A DNA stretch of 64,000 nucleotides. Source: an uncultured Chloroflexia bacterium. Its GTDB lineage: Bacteria > Chloroflexota > Anaerolineae > CG2-30-64-16. Shown piece by piece: positions 21,253-32,164 of this stretch (positions are counted from its first letter, which is position 1; each line of letters opens with the position of its first letter). The stretch covers positions 96,001 to 160,000 of the forward strand of contig CAVZDU010000008.1 in the NCBI GenBank assembly GCA_963774265.1. Reading direction: 5' to 3'. Position numbers and translations under genes: made by a program. The notes below the pieces were generated by a model. That model ran no database searches and was not told where the DNA came from. It saw nothing but the letters and a program-made list of their open reading frames with translations.

Positions 21253-23403
21253 TTGGCAAATATTCGACCCTATCCGTTCACTGCCATTGTGGGCCAGGAT
21301 AAAATGAAACGGGCCCTCATCTTGAACGCGATCTCCTCTCAGATTGGCGGTGTTCTGATCCGCGGTGAGCGCGGCACGGCCAAGTCGACGGCGGCGCGCG
21401 CCTTGGCTGCGCTCCTACCTGAGATCGAAGTTGTGTCCAACTGCCCATTTGGCTGCGATCCCAGCGGCACCGACAGCCTGTGCGACCTGTGCCGCGACCG
21501 GTTGGCAAACGGCGAAGTCCTGACGACCGTCAAGCGCCGCACGCGTTTTGTCGACCTGCCTGTTAGTGCGACTGAAGACCGCGTCGTCGGCACACTGGAT
21601 ATCGAAAAGGCGATCCAGCAGGGAGAACGGCATTTCGAGCCCGGAGTTCTGGCCGCAGCCAACCGCGGGCTACTTTATGTCGATGAGGTCAATCTGTTGG
21701 ATGATCACGTGGTCGACCTGCTGCTCGACTCGGCGGCAATGGGCGTCAATGTGGTGGAGCGCGAGGGCATCAGCTTCAGCCACCCGGCGCGTTTCATGCT
21801 GGTCGGCACCATGAACCCCGAAGAGGGTGATCTTAGGCCGCAGCTTCTTGACCGCTTTGCCCTCTGCGTGGATATGCACGGCATATCCGATCCCCGCCAA
21901 CGCGTCGCCATCGTTGAGCGGCGTGTTGCATACGAGAGCGACCCCGACGGCTTCTACCAGGAATGGCTGCCCCACGAGGAGCACCTCTCGCAGGAGATTG
22001 CCGAGGCCCGCAGCCGGCTGCCCGGGGTCCATTACACGCAGCGTGACCTTTACACGATCGCCCAATTGACCACTTCATTCCGCGTTGACGGTCACCGCGC
22101 GGACATCGTCATCCTGAAGACAGCCCGTTCGCACGCCGCATGGCAGGGTCATATGGCCGTGGCGGAGCAAGATATCCTCCTGGCCGCGGAGCTGGCATTG
22201 CCGCATCGCCTGAAGCGCCAGCCGTTCGAAGAGGCCTCGATGGACGCAGGCCAACTCGAAGAGAGGCTGAAGAAGGCGCGCGCTGAGGCCCCGCCGGATC
22301 AAAAAACACCCTCCAAGAGCGACTCGGGCGAGACGGCGCCCAGTGTAAAAAAAGCACTGAGCCGCTAACGGAGCAAGCTACCACTTCCGCTAGCGGCGAA
22401 CCTACGGACGATGGCGCGCAGGCCCAGGCCTCTAGCCAGGGGCCATCGGCTCAGCGCCAGGTTAAAATCGGCGAGAGTTTCCAAACCAAGCGGCTTGACA
22501 CGCCTCTGGATAAGCTCACGCGTTCCTCCGCGGGCAAACGCAGCTCAACTCTGACCGACCGCAAGCGCGGCCGGTATATTCGCGCCCGTCCCATGCACGG
22601 CCGGCCAGACGATCTGGCATTTGACGCCACCATTCGCACCGCCGCGCCATTTCAACGCAGCCGGCTGGAAGAGCGCGCCACGCGCAAGCTCGCCTTTGTC
22701 GTCAAGCGGCAAGATCTGCAGAAGAAGGTGCGCGTCCGTTCGCGCGGCGAATCTTGTTCTATTCGTGGTTGACGCCTCGTGGAGCATGGCTGCAGCGGAA
22801 CGCATCGAGGCCACCAAGGGCGCAGTACTTTCTCTCTTACATGACGCATATCAGCGCCGCGACCAGGTAGGGCTCATCGTCTTCCAACGGGAAGAGGCGC
22901 GTATAGTCCTGCCACCCACGTCGAGTGTTGAGCTGGCGCAGCAGGCGCTCCGCAACATACCTGTGGGCGGGAAGACGCCGCTGTCAGCGGGGCTGCTGGC
23001 CGCCTTTCGTGTCTGCACAGCCGCCACGCGCCGCAACCCGGAGATCAAGCCGCTGATCATCATACTGACCGATGGTGCAGGCAATGTCTCGGTGACCGGG
23101 ATGCCGCCGCAGGAAGAATCCCGACGCATGGCCGAGATGATCCATGATTCGCACTTCCGCACAGTCATCATCAACATGGAGCACCCTGCTTTCGACCGCG
23201 GCCTTGCTCAAGAACTGGCAAACTATGTCGGTGGTCCTTGCTATACGCTTCCCGAGCTCAAGGCTGAGGCGCTGCTGCAGACGGTGCGCCAGGAATTGAG
23301 CGTGAAACCAGGTGAGCGCGACGAAGCCCAGCCCAGACTGGTTGAGCCGGGCAAGGATCTGCCGGATGTCCCCGGCTCAGCTGCGGGTGGCACACGCTTC
23401 TAA
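21253..23403 (+). CDS. chlD: Mg/Co chelatase ChlD/ChlI-like protein (AAA+ 21253-22368; linker and vWA reached by -1 shift at about 22350; extra probable error near 22740)
   Basis: YPFTAIVGQ, GERGTAKST, DEVNLL; -1 frame GRYIRAR..DLAFDATIRTAAP; vWA FVVDASWSM, GGKTPL, LTDG. Confidence 0.85.
22347..22397 (+). other. Candidate programmed -1 ribosomal frameshift signal
   Basis: A_AAA_AAA slippery heptamer, 7-nt spacer, stem GCCGCTAACGGAG/TTCCGCTAGCGGC. Confidence 0.7.
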
Positions 23404-24522
23404 GTAGGTAACAGAAAATTCGGGGCACTTCTTCGTTGCCTGATATACTGGGGTTACGGAGGGTGCCATGATCTATGTACGAACACCAACGGATGCTGAA
23501 CTGCAAGAGCTCAAGCGAATGACCCGCCATGAGATCGGGCGGGTTAGCCAACGAGCGCAGATGGTTCTGCTCTCAGCGCAGCAGCGCACGGTGCCTGAGA
23601 TCGCCGTCATCTTTGGCGTCAAGTACAAGACCGTGCGCAAATGGCTCCGCCGCTTCAATGCGGCCGGGCCGGCCGGACTGTATGATGAGCCGCGCAGTGG
23701 GCGGCCGCGGACGCTGACCGACCGTGTCCGTGACACTTTGGTCGACATGAGCGAGCAGGATCCCGAGCAGTCGGACTATCCCGCGACCTTGTGGACGGTT
23801 GCGATGCTGGCCTTAGCCTTGGCCGAGAAGATCGGCGTGTATCTGAGCCATAGCACCCTGCGTCAGACGCTGCATGCGGCCGGCCTGGCCTGGAGCCGCC
23901 CACGACTCGCCATGCCCCGCAAGACTGATCCGCAGAAGGCGGCCAAGCAGTGGGCAATAGTGCAGGCCGTGATTGGGGCTGGCCCAGCTGCAGTCGTGCT
24001 GTACGCCGACGAATCGCGCATCCAGATGCTACCGTTGATTCGAGCAATGTGGCATCGGCTGGGCCAGCAGATCCGTGTCCCGACGCCCGGCAGCAATCAG
24101 ACGCGCAGCCTATTTGGAGCGCTCAACATTCGCACGGGCCAGTGGACGTGGTTGATCCGCGAGCATATGCACAAAGAAGACTTCATCACTTTCCTGGAAC
24201 ACCTGTTGACGGTGTATGCCAGCGGTCCGATCATTCTGATCGTCGATAACTACTCCAGCCATACGGCTAAGGCCATCGATGCCTGGCTGACTGAGCACCC
24301 GCGACTCCAGTTGCACTACCTGCCGAAGTACTGCTCGCATCTGAATCCGGTTGAGAACATCTGGCTGCGTCTCAAAGGCCAGACCGCCGCTGACCGCTTG
24401 TACGGTTCGCTGCATGGTCTGCTGGACGCCGTCACACGCTTCTTCGACCATATGACGCCAGCGATGGCGTTGACCTGGGCCAGTCTCGACTGAAAAGTGA
24501 CCCGTACTTTTTGTGACATACT
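23403..24522 (+). mobile_element. IS630-family insertion sequence
   Basis: Imperfect terminal IRs (AGTAGGTAACAGAAAATTCGGGGCACTT vs reverse complement AGTATGTCACAAAAAGTACGGGTCACTT), flanking TA duplication, reconstructed empty site CTAG. Confidence 0.88.
23468..24493 (+). CDS. IS630-family transposase
   Basis: HTH with RSGRPR; DDE motifs YADES, IVDNYSSH, LPKYCSHLNPVENIW. Confidence 0.92.
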   Translation: MIYVRTPTDAELQELKRMTRHEIGRVSQRAQMVLLSAQQRTVPEIAVIFGVKYKTVRKWLRRFNAAGPAGLYDEPRSGRPRTLTDRVRDTLVDMSEQDPEQSDYPATLWTVAMLALALAEKIGVYLSHSTLRQTLHAAGLAWSRPRLAMPRKTDPQKAAKQWAIVQAVIGAGPAAVVLYADESRIQMLPLIRAMWHRLGQQIRVPTPGSNQTRSLFGALNIRTGQWTWLIREHMHKEDFITFLEHLLTVYASGPIILIVDNYSSHTAKAIDAWLTEHPRLQLHYLPKYCSHLNPVENIWLRLKGQTAADRLYGSLHGLLDAVTRFFDHMTPAMALTWASLD

Positions 24523-24525
24523 TAG

Positions 24526-25551
24526 ATGCTCGCTGTGGAACAAGGATCAGACACGCTGCTTGGCAATGATGCTGGGGTTGCGAAAGCGACCCCAGCATCG
24601 CGTTTGGGAGGCGGCCTGCGCGCCCAGCGCCAGCTCGCTGCAGATGCGGCGCTGCTTCTCGTCACACTGATCTGGGGCGCGACCTTCGTCATGGTCAAGG
24701 ACGCGGTCAACGCGTTTCCTGTTTTCAGCTTCCTGGCCGTGCGGTTCACACTGGCTGCAGCAGTGTTGTTCCCTCTGACGGCCTGGCGCCGCCGTCAATT
24801 GGCGGCCGCCAACCCGGCGGGACCCTTTGCCGGCCGCGCCTTAACGTGGCCAAGACTCAAGCGGCTGGCTCTGCCGTCTCTGTTGATCGGTGCCGCATTG
24901 TTCGCCGGTTACGCCTTTCAGACCACGGGTCTTGCGCTGACCACGCCAGCTAAGACGGGGTTCATCACGGGGCTCTCCGTAGTAATCGTGCCGCTGGCCG
25001 CTGCCCTGCTCATGCGCCATTCGCCCGGCCGCAACGCCTGGCGGGGTGTCGCGCTGGCAACGGCCGGCTTGGCCCTGCTTTCGTTGTCGGCCGACCTGCG
25101 CATCGAGCCCGGCGATCTGCTGGTGCTGGGGTGCGCGTTCTCCTTCGCTACGCACATTCTGCTGACCGGCCACTTCGCGCCGCGACACGATCCACTACTG
25201 CTGACCCTGGGCCAGGTGCTGACCGTTGCGCTGCTGAGCGCGGCGGCTGCCTTGCTCTTCGATGTGCCTGCGTCTGATCTGCCCGCGCTGGCAGCCCGGC
25301 TCGATGCCACTGTCCTCAGCGCCGCTGCGTTCACCGGCCTCCTGGCTACTGCCGCCGCGTTCGGCATTCAAACCGTCGCCCAGCGCTTCACGACCCCCAC
25401 GCATACCGCGCTGATCTTCGCGGCCGAGCCGGTTTTTGCCGGGCTCTTCAGCTTCCTGCTGATAGGCGAGCTGCTGGGACCACGGCAGCTGATCGGATGC
25501 GGGCTGATACTGGCGGGGATGGTGGTAGCGGAGACGAGGCGTGAAACGTGA
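24526..25551 (+). CDS. DMT/EamA family transporter
   Basis: LIWGATF, AVRF, GFITGLSVV.VP, GDLLVL, AEPVFA; about 10 TM segments. Confidence 0.85.
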   Translation: MLAVEQGSDTLLGNDAGVAKATPASRLGGGLRAQRQLAADAALLLVTLIWGATFVMVKDAVNAFPVFSFLAVRFTLAAAVLFPLTAWRRRQLAAANPAGPFAGRALTWPRLKRLALPSLLIGAALFAGYAFQTTGLALTTPAKTGFITGLSVVIVPLAAALLMRHSPGRNAWRGVALATAGLALLSLSADLRIEPGDLLVLGCAFSFATHILLTGHFAPRHDPLLLTLGQVLTVALLSAAAALLFDVPASDLPALAARLDATVLSAAAFTGLLATAAAFGIQTVAQRFTTPTHTALIFAAEPVFAGLFSFLLIGELLGPRQLIGCGLILAGMVVAETRRET

Positions 25552-25577
25552 TGCACTGAACTGAGAGCATTGCCGTC

Positions 25578-26300
25578 TCAATCAAAAACCTTAAGCGCCT
25601 CTTCCCGCACATATCGAATTGCCCGGCCCTGCCTGCCCACCTCTAAAAGCACACCCACGCACCGCAAACAATAGGCCATCTGTTGGGCAAGCCGGCGCGG
25701 CCGGCCGATAGCCTCGGCCAACTCAGCGGTAGTGAAAGGCGCATTCATGCTCTCAGGGATGAGAACAGCCAGGTCCATCGGGGTCGAAAACAGGCGGCTA
25801 TTTACCACCTGCAGCAGACGGCGTTCGGTGGTGCTCCAGCCTCGCCGCCGCCAATTAATGCGGGGATCGTAATGGCGAACCTCTTCCTCCCGGATCAACA
25901 GCACCTCCAGGGAGAAGTTAGGCTGCACGATCAGGTGTGGAATACTGACCAACTCCCGGAACAAATCAAGCTCGGACCCGCGCTTGGGGGATTTTCGGCG
26001 GCCCAAAAGCGTAACACCATCACCGGCGAGCCGGAGAATCCACTTCTCGTACGCGACGGGATAAACCAGGCGCACGGGATGGTCAGGAACCAGTCTTTCG
26101 AGCTTGCGCTTGAGGGCCGAGAAGCTGCGCGTCTGAATCTCGATCAGTAAGTCATCGCGCACGAGGTCGATGAGCGAGCCGTCAACCGGCACCTCGGTGC
26201 GATCGCCCGGCCGCGCATACCATACCTTCAGCGCAGCATGCAGCGGCTTCTCGTTGAGCAGCCCCACGCCGTCCTGCCTAGAAAGCATATTGTCTGCCAT
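25578..26300 (-). CDS. Conserved hypothetical protein, probable PD-(D/E)xK-like fold with C-terminal HTH
   Basis: LNEKPLHAALK, E..V.GSLID....LIEIQT; C-term PFTTAELA. Confidence 0.55.
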   Translation of the reverse strand: MADNMLSRQDGVGLLNEKPLHAALKVWYARPGDRTEVPVDGSLIDLVRDDLLIEIQTRSFSALKRKLERLVPDHPVRLVYPVAYEKWILRLAGDGVTLLGRRKSPKRGSELDLFRELVSIPHLIVQPNFSLEVLLIREEEVRHYDPRINWRRRGWSTTERRLLQVVNSRLFSTPMDLAVLIPESMNAPFTTAELAEAIGRPRRLAQQMAYCLRCVGVLLEVGRQGRAIRYVREEALKVFD

Positions 26301-26308
26301 GATGGGCC

Positions 26309-26770
26309 TCAGCGTGCCGGCGGAAGCATATCGGCAGTATCAATCCAGAGAGTGACCGGCCCATCGTTGACCAGCGCGACCTGCATCATCGCACGGAACC
26401 GGCCAGTCTGGACAGGCAGCCCTTCCAGCCGCAGCTGCTCTACGAAATAGTCCACCAGCGGCTCGGCTTGCTCGGGCCGTGCTGCCTGCAGGAAGTCGGG
26501 CCGTCGCCCCTTGCGCGCATCGCCGTACAGCGTAAACTGCGACACCACCAGCACCTCGCCCGACACATCCCCCAGCGCCAGGTTCATCTTACCTGTCGCA
26601 TCGTCGAACACGCGCAGGCCGGCGACTTTGTGCGCCAGCCACGCGGCCTCAACACGGTCATCACCATGGGTCACACCCAACAACACAACGAACCCGCGAC
26701 GGATACGGCCGACGACCTCATCGTCAACCGTGACCGCTGCGTGGCTGACCCTTTGTATGAGTGCTCGCAT
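26309..26770 (-). CDS. dtd: D-aminoacyl-tRNA deacylase
   Basis: [19 protein letters not shown]. Confidence 0.95.
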   Translation of the reverse strand: MRALIQRVSHAAVTVDDEVVGRIRRGFVVLLGVTHGDDRVEAAWLAHKVAGLRVFDDATGKMNLALGDVSGEVLVVSQFTLYGDARKGRRPDFLQAARPEQAEPLVDYFVEQLRLEGLPVQTGRFRAMMQVALVNDGPVTLWIDTADMLPPAR

Positions 26771-26875
26771 AAGAAGACGCTATTGGGTGCCCGGAGGCGC
26801 ATGGGTGTAGAAGAGTCTTCCGTGCTCCACGTCTCCGTGCGCCTCCGAGACCCCGCGGCCCAGACTCACGTGTCT

Positions 26876-27832
26876 CTACAACCCCACCGCCCACGCGGTT
26901 TCACCCAACACCCGCGCCGAGTTTTGGAGTGCAGTTAGCTCGTCCTTGCTCAGCGGCGGCTCCAGCACGATCTCGACACCGTGGTGATCCACGATCGAGG
27001 GCAGGCTCAAGCAGACATCGACGATCCCGTACTGTCCGGTCAACTTTGTAGACACGGTCAGGATCGTGTTCTGATCGCGCAACATCGCCTCTATGATGTG
27101 GCGGATGGCAAGGCCGATGGCATAGTAGGTCGCGCCCTTGCGCTCGATGATCTCATACGCTGCATGACAGACCTCATCCGCGATCCTCTCCTGGATGTAT
27201 GCATCAAAGGGGCGTCCGCGCTGGGCGCAGAAGTCTGCAATGGGCATGCTGCCCACCGTGGCCCGGCTCCAGACCACCAACTCGCTGTCCCCGTGTTCAC
27301 CGATCACGTAGCCATGGACGCTGCGCGGATCGACCTTGAGCTTTTGGCCGATAAGGGAACGCAGCCGGCCTGTGTCGAGCACCGTGCCCGACCCAACGAC
27401 GCGGCCCGTCGGGAACCCTGAGAATTTCAACGCTGCGAGGGTCAGGACATCCACCGGATTCGCCACAACCAGCAGGATGGCGTTGGGTGCGGCCTCGGCA
27501 ATTTGCGGGATCATGCCTCGGAAGATCTCCGTATTTTTCTTGACCAGGTCGAGCCGGGTTTCGCCCGGTTTCTGCGCCGCGCCAGCGGTGATAACAACGA
27601 TATAGCAGCCGGCGCAGTCGGCATAGCTGCCGTGCCGCACGATCACTGGCCGCACAAATGGCGCACCCTGCGCCAGATCCATGGCTTCGCCCTCAGCCCT
27701 CCGCTGGTTTACATCAATCAGAACGATCTCGCTGGCCAGGCCGCTGATCATCAGCGCATAAGCAGCGCTCGCGCCCACCGCCCCTGCGCCACCCACAATG
27801 GCAATCTTCGTCGGGGTTCGTTCGCCTTCCAT
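26876..27832 (-). CDS. ldh: L-lactate dehydrogenase
   Basis: ITAGAAQKPGETRLDL, ANPVD, GEHGDS, KGATYYAIG. Confidence 0.92.
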   Translation of the reverse strand: MEGERTPTKIAIVGGAGAVGASAAYALMISGLASEIVLIDVNQRRAEGEAMDLAQGAPFVRPVIVRHGSYADCAGCYIVVITAGAAQKPGETRLDLVKKNTEIFRGMIPQIAEAAPNAILLVVANPVDVLTLAALKFSGFPTGRVVGSGTVLDTGRLRSLIGQKLKVDPRSVHGYVIGEHGDSELVVWSRATVGSMPIADFCAQRGRPFDAYIQERIADEVCHAAYEIIERKGATYYAIGLAIRHIIEAMLRDQNTILTVSTKLTGQYGIVDVCLSLPSIVDHHGVEIVLEPPLSKDELTALQNSARVLGETAWAVGL

Positions 27833-27868
27833 TAGTTGTCTCCTCTCAGCCTTATGCCTTGGGTGTCA

Positions 27869-28540
27869 TCACGCTGATTCAGGTCCCTCAATCCACATCA
27901 TGCCATCCGGCCCCACTTCTTTTTTCCAGATAGGCGAAATCTGCTTGATCCGGTCGATGATGTAGTGGCAGGCGTCGAAGATGTTCGCACGATGAGCCGC
28001 TGCGACCGCGATGACGATCGACACGTCGCCCACCTCCAAGCGGCCCACCCGATGCACCACCGCAATCGCACTGATATCGGGCCAACGCGCCTGCGCTTCG
28101 CCGGCGATGGCGGTGAATGAAGCTTCGGCCATCTCAGGATAGGCCTCGTACTCCAGGTAGTCGGTCTGCAGTTCTCCTGTAACGCCACGCACCGTGCCCG
28201 CAAAGACGGTCACTCCGCCGCGCTCAGAAGCCAGCACGCGACGCGCCACATCATCCAGGGAGATCGGGCCATCGACGATCTCAAACAGTTTCGCCGCGCC
28301 GCCGCTCACCGGTGGGATTAACGCGACTTCATCCCCGTCGACGAGCACCCGGTCGTGCTTCGCAAAGGAGCGATTGACCGCCACGGTGAAGCGCTGTTGC
28401 ATCAGTGAGACACTGGGATAGTCCGCGGCCAACCGCGCCAGCATCTCCGCGACATTCGTCCCATCAGGCAACTCAAGCGCTATCTCGCTTGCAGCAAATC
28501 GCTCTCGCAGACCCGCAAATAAGCGCACCCGCATCCTCAT
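27869..28540 (-). CDS. moaE: MoaD-MoaE fusion (molybdopterin synthase)
   Basis: Ubiquitin-like N-term ending IPPVSGG, then F.GTVR, LEYEAY, HRVG, PIWKKE. Confidence 0.88.
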   Translation of the reverse strand: MRMRVRLFAGLRERFAASEIALELPDGTNVAEMLARLAADYPSVSLMQQRFTVAVNRSFAKHDRVLVDGDEVALIPPVSGGAAKLFEIVDGPISLDDVARRVLASERGGVTVFAGTVRGVTGELQTDYLEYEAYPEMAEASFTAIAGEAQARWPDISAIAVVHRVGRLEVGDVSIVIAVAAAHRANIFDACHYIIDRIKQISPIWKKEVGPDGMMWIEGPESA

Positions 28541-28599
28541 TACTGCTTACTCCCACGCGCGCTGCGCATTCCCGATCTTCAGCATGGCATCATCTATCT

Positions 28600-29077
28600 T
28601 CACTCAGCCGTCCAATGGCCGCTCTTGCCCCCGAGCTTTTCCAGCAGACGGGATCTCCTCGATCACCATGCCGCGTTCGACGGCTTTCGCCATGTCATAG
28701 ATGGTCAATGCGGCCACGCTGACAGCGGTCAACGCCTCCATCTCGACACCTGTCTGACCCTTGCACTTGACGGTCGCCACGATCTCCACGGATGAGATCG
28801 CTTCGTCGAAGGTGAAATCTACGGCCACATTCGTGAGAAGCAACGGATGGCACAGGGGGATCAGCTCGCTCGTGCGCTTGGCCGCCATGATCCCCGCCAC
28901 GCGCGCCGTTCCAAGAACATCACCCTTCGGCAGATTGCCCGCACGCAATTGCTGCAGCGTCTCGGGTCGCATGCGCACGCGGCCGGCCGCCACTGCCTCG
29001 CGCGCGGTCTCCGCCTTCGCGCCCACATCCACCATACGCGCCTGGCCGTGCTCATCCAGGTGGGTTAACTTGCTCAT
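28600..29077 (-). CDS. moaC: Cyclic pyranopterin monophosphate synthase (frameshift near C-terminus)
   Basis: [31 protein letters not shown]; shifted frame [10 protein letters not shown]. Confidence 0.93.
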
Positions 29078-29172
29078 AGGTAAGATTGTAACCGAGGAGC
29101 CCTCACCGCGCAACGCACACCGGTTACTCACCTCAGTCAGTCGCGGCTATACTATGAGCAGGGAGGTCAACC

Positions 29173-29982
29173 ATGCCCGAGTATCCAGAAATCGCCGCGC
29201 GGACACGTGAGATGAACGAATTGCTGCGCGGAAAGACGATCGCCGCCGTGGAAGTCTTGCAGCCAAAGTGCCTGAACATTTCCGAGAAGCAATTCAAGGA
29301 ATCCATGACTGGCGCAATGCTGCGTGGCACCACGCAACGCGGCAAATGGCTGGCGACCGATACGTCCCAAGGTTGGTTGTTGCTCAACATGGGCATGGGA
29401 GGCGAGCTGCTTCTGGTCGACCGCATCCACTTGCCCGAAAAACACCGCTTGATCTTCGACTTCACCGACGGAACCTGCCTCACCGTGAATTTCTGGTGGT
29501 TCGGCTATGCCCACTATCTGCCGCCAGGACCGCTAGAGGCGCACGAGCAGCTCGCAAAACTCGGGCCGAATGTGCTCGACGTGGACCTGGTCCAGTTCCG
29601 GAAGCTCGTCGAGGGGCAGAGGGCCGGGGTCAAGGCCTTCCTCCTGGACCAGACGCGGTTGGCCGGCATCGGCAACGCATACATCCACGACATCCTCTGG
29701 TTGGCCCGAATCCACCCGCTCCGCAAGCTCAACACGCTCTCAGACGAGGAAATCGGCAGGTTATGGCAGGGGATCCAGGACGGCCTGCACCCCAGCCTGG
29801 AGAAGGGCGGCGCGTTCTATGAGGTGAGCCTGCGCGGCGAAAAGGGCGGCTTTCTGTTGGATGACATCCTCACCGGCTACCGCGAGGGTGAGCCATGTCG
29901 CCGCTGTGGCGCGGCCATTGTCAAGATAAAAACCGGCGGCACAACCAGCTTCATCTGTCCCGCGTGCCAGCGGGCTGTCTGA
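29173..29982 (+). CDS. Fpg/Nei family DNA glycosylase
   Basis: MPEYPE, RGKW, LLDQ..AGIGNAY H2TH, C-terminal CRRC..CPACQ zinc finger. Confidence 0.88.
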   Translation: MPEYPEIAARTREMNELLRGKTIAAVEVLQPKCLNISEKQFKESMTGAMLRGTTQRGKWLATDTSQGWLLLNMGMGGELLLVDRIHLPEKHRLIFDFTDGTCLTVNFWWFGYAHYLPPGPLEAHEQLAKLGPNVLDVDLVQFRKLVEGQRAGVKAFLLDQTRLAGIGNAYIHDILWLARIHPLRKLNTLSDEEIGRLWQGIQDGLHPSLEKGGAFYEVSLRGEKGGFLLDDILTGYREGEPCRRCGAAIVKIKTGGTTSFICPACQRAV

Positions 29983-30009
29983 TCGGGGTGAGGCGGGATG
30001 TTAAAGTAA

Positions 30010-30043
30010 AGACCAGGTTTCCCCCAAGGGAAAAACCTGGTCT
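30010..30043. terminator. Hairpin between convergent fpg-like gene and clpX
   Basis: AGACCAGGTTT/AAACCTGGTCT arms. Confidence 0.55.
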
Positions 30044-30064
30044 ATCATCACTACTTCTACGGGC

Positions 30065-31363
<1,299 letters not shown>

Positions 31364-31990
31364 TTACTTTTTGACCCCTTTAAGCTCCTGCGAGTGCAGG
31401 ACTTCATCAATCAGACCATAAGCCTTGGCCTGCTCTGCGGTCATATAACGATCGCGCTCGGTGTCCTCTGAGATCCGTTCGACCGGCTGACCAGTATGTC
31501 GCGCCAGGATACCGTTGAGTTCTTCCTTCAGACGCAGAATTTCGCGCGCCTGGATTTCGATCTCAGTGGCCTGGCCCTGTGCACCTCCCAGTGGTTGGTG
31601 CATGTGGATCGTAGCGTGAGGCAGCGCATAACGCTTGCCTTTGGTTCCCGCTGCCAAGAGCACCGTGCCAAAGCTTGCAGTGACGCCCACTGCAATCGTA
31701 CTGATCGATGCTCGGATCAGCTGCATTGTATCATAGATGGCCATGCCCGAGTAGACCTGGCCGCCAGGGGAATTGATGTAGAGCTGGATATCCTTCTCAG
31801 GGTCTTCCCGGTCGAGGAAGAGCAACTGAGCGACGATCACGTTGGCCACCTGATCGTTAATACCAGTACCCAGGAAGATAATGCGCTCCTTGAGCAGCAA
31901 AGAGTAGATGTCGTACGCGCGCTCACCACGGCCGCTGGTCTCGATGACCATCGGTATCAACGACTGGGGAGATGCCGGGTTGAATGTCAT
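31364..31990 (-). CDS. clpP: Clp protease proteolytic subunit
   Basis: [27 protein letters not shown]. Confidence 0.96.
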   Translation of the reverse strand: MTFNPASPQSLIPMVIETSGRGERAYDIYSLLLKERIIFLGTGINDQVANVIVAQLLFLDREDPEKDIQLYINSPGGQVYSGMAIYDTMQLIRASISTIAVGVTASFGTVLLAAGTKGKRYALPHATIHMHQPLGGAQGQATEIEIQAREILRLKEELNGILARHTGQPVERISEDTERDRYMTAEQAKAYGLIDEVLHSQELKGVKK

Positions 31991-32164
31991 AAGTCACTCC
32001 ATCTTTCAGCAGGCCCACGGGCCATCAGATCCAACGCCGGGCATTACACCATTAATCGGCGCAACACTCAGTGATGAGGATGCCATTGGATCGTGCGGTC
32101 AGGCGAAACGCCCCACCGCGAACGCACAAAGCAGAGCAAATGCCCGTGGTCGGTCTTTGGCGTC

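Noticed and set aside
22735-22745. Second frameshift in chlD as programmed recoding
   Set aside because: Single extra T (GTCCGTTCGC) with no slippery heptamer; matches the window's insertion-error pattern.
21253-23403. Evidence for phototrophy
   Set aside because: ChlI/ChlD homologues occur widely in non-phototrophs; no bch or reaction-centre genes are in the window.
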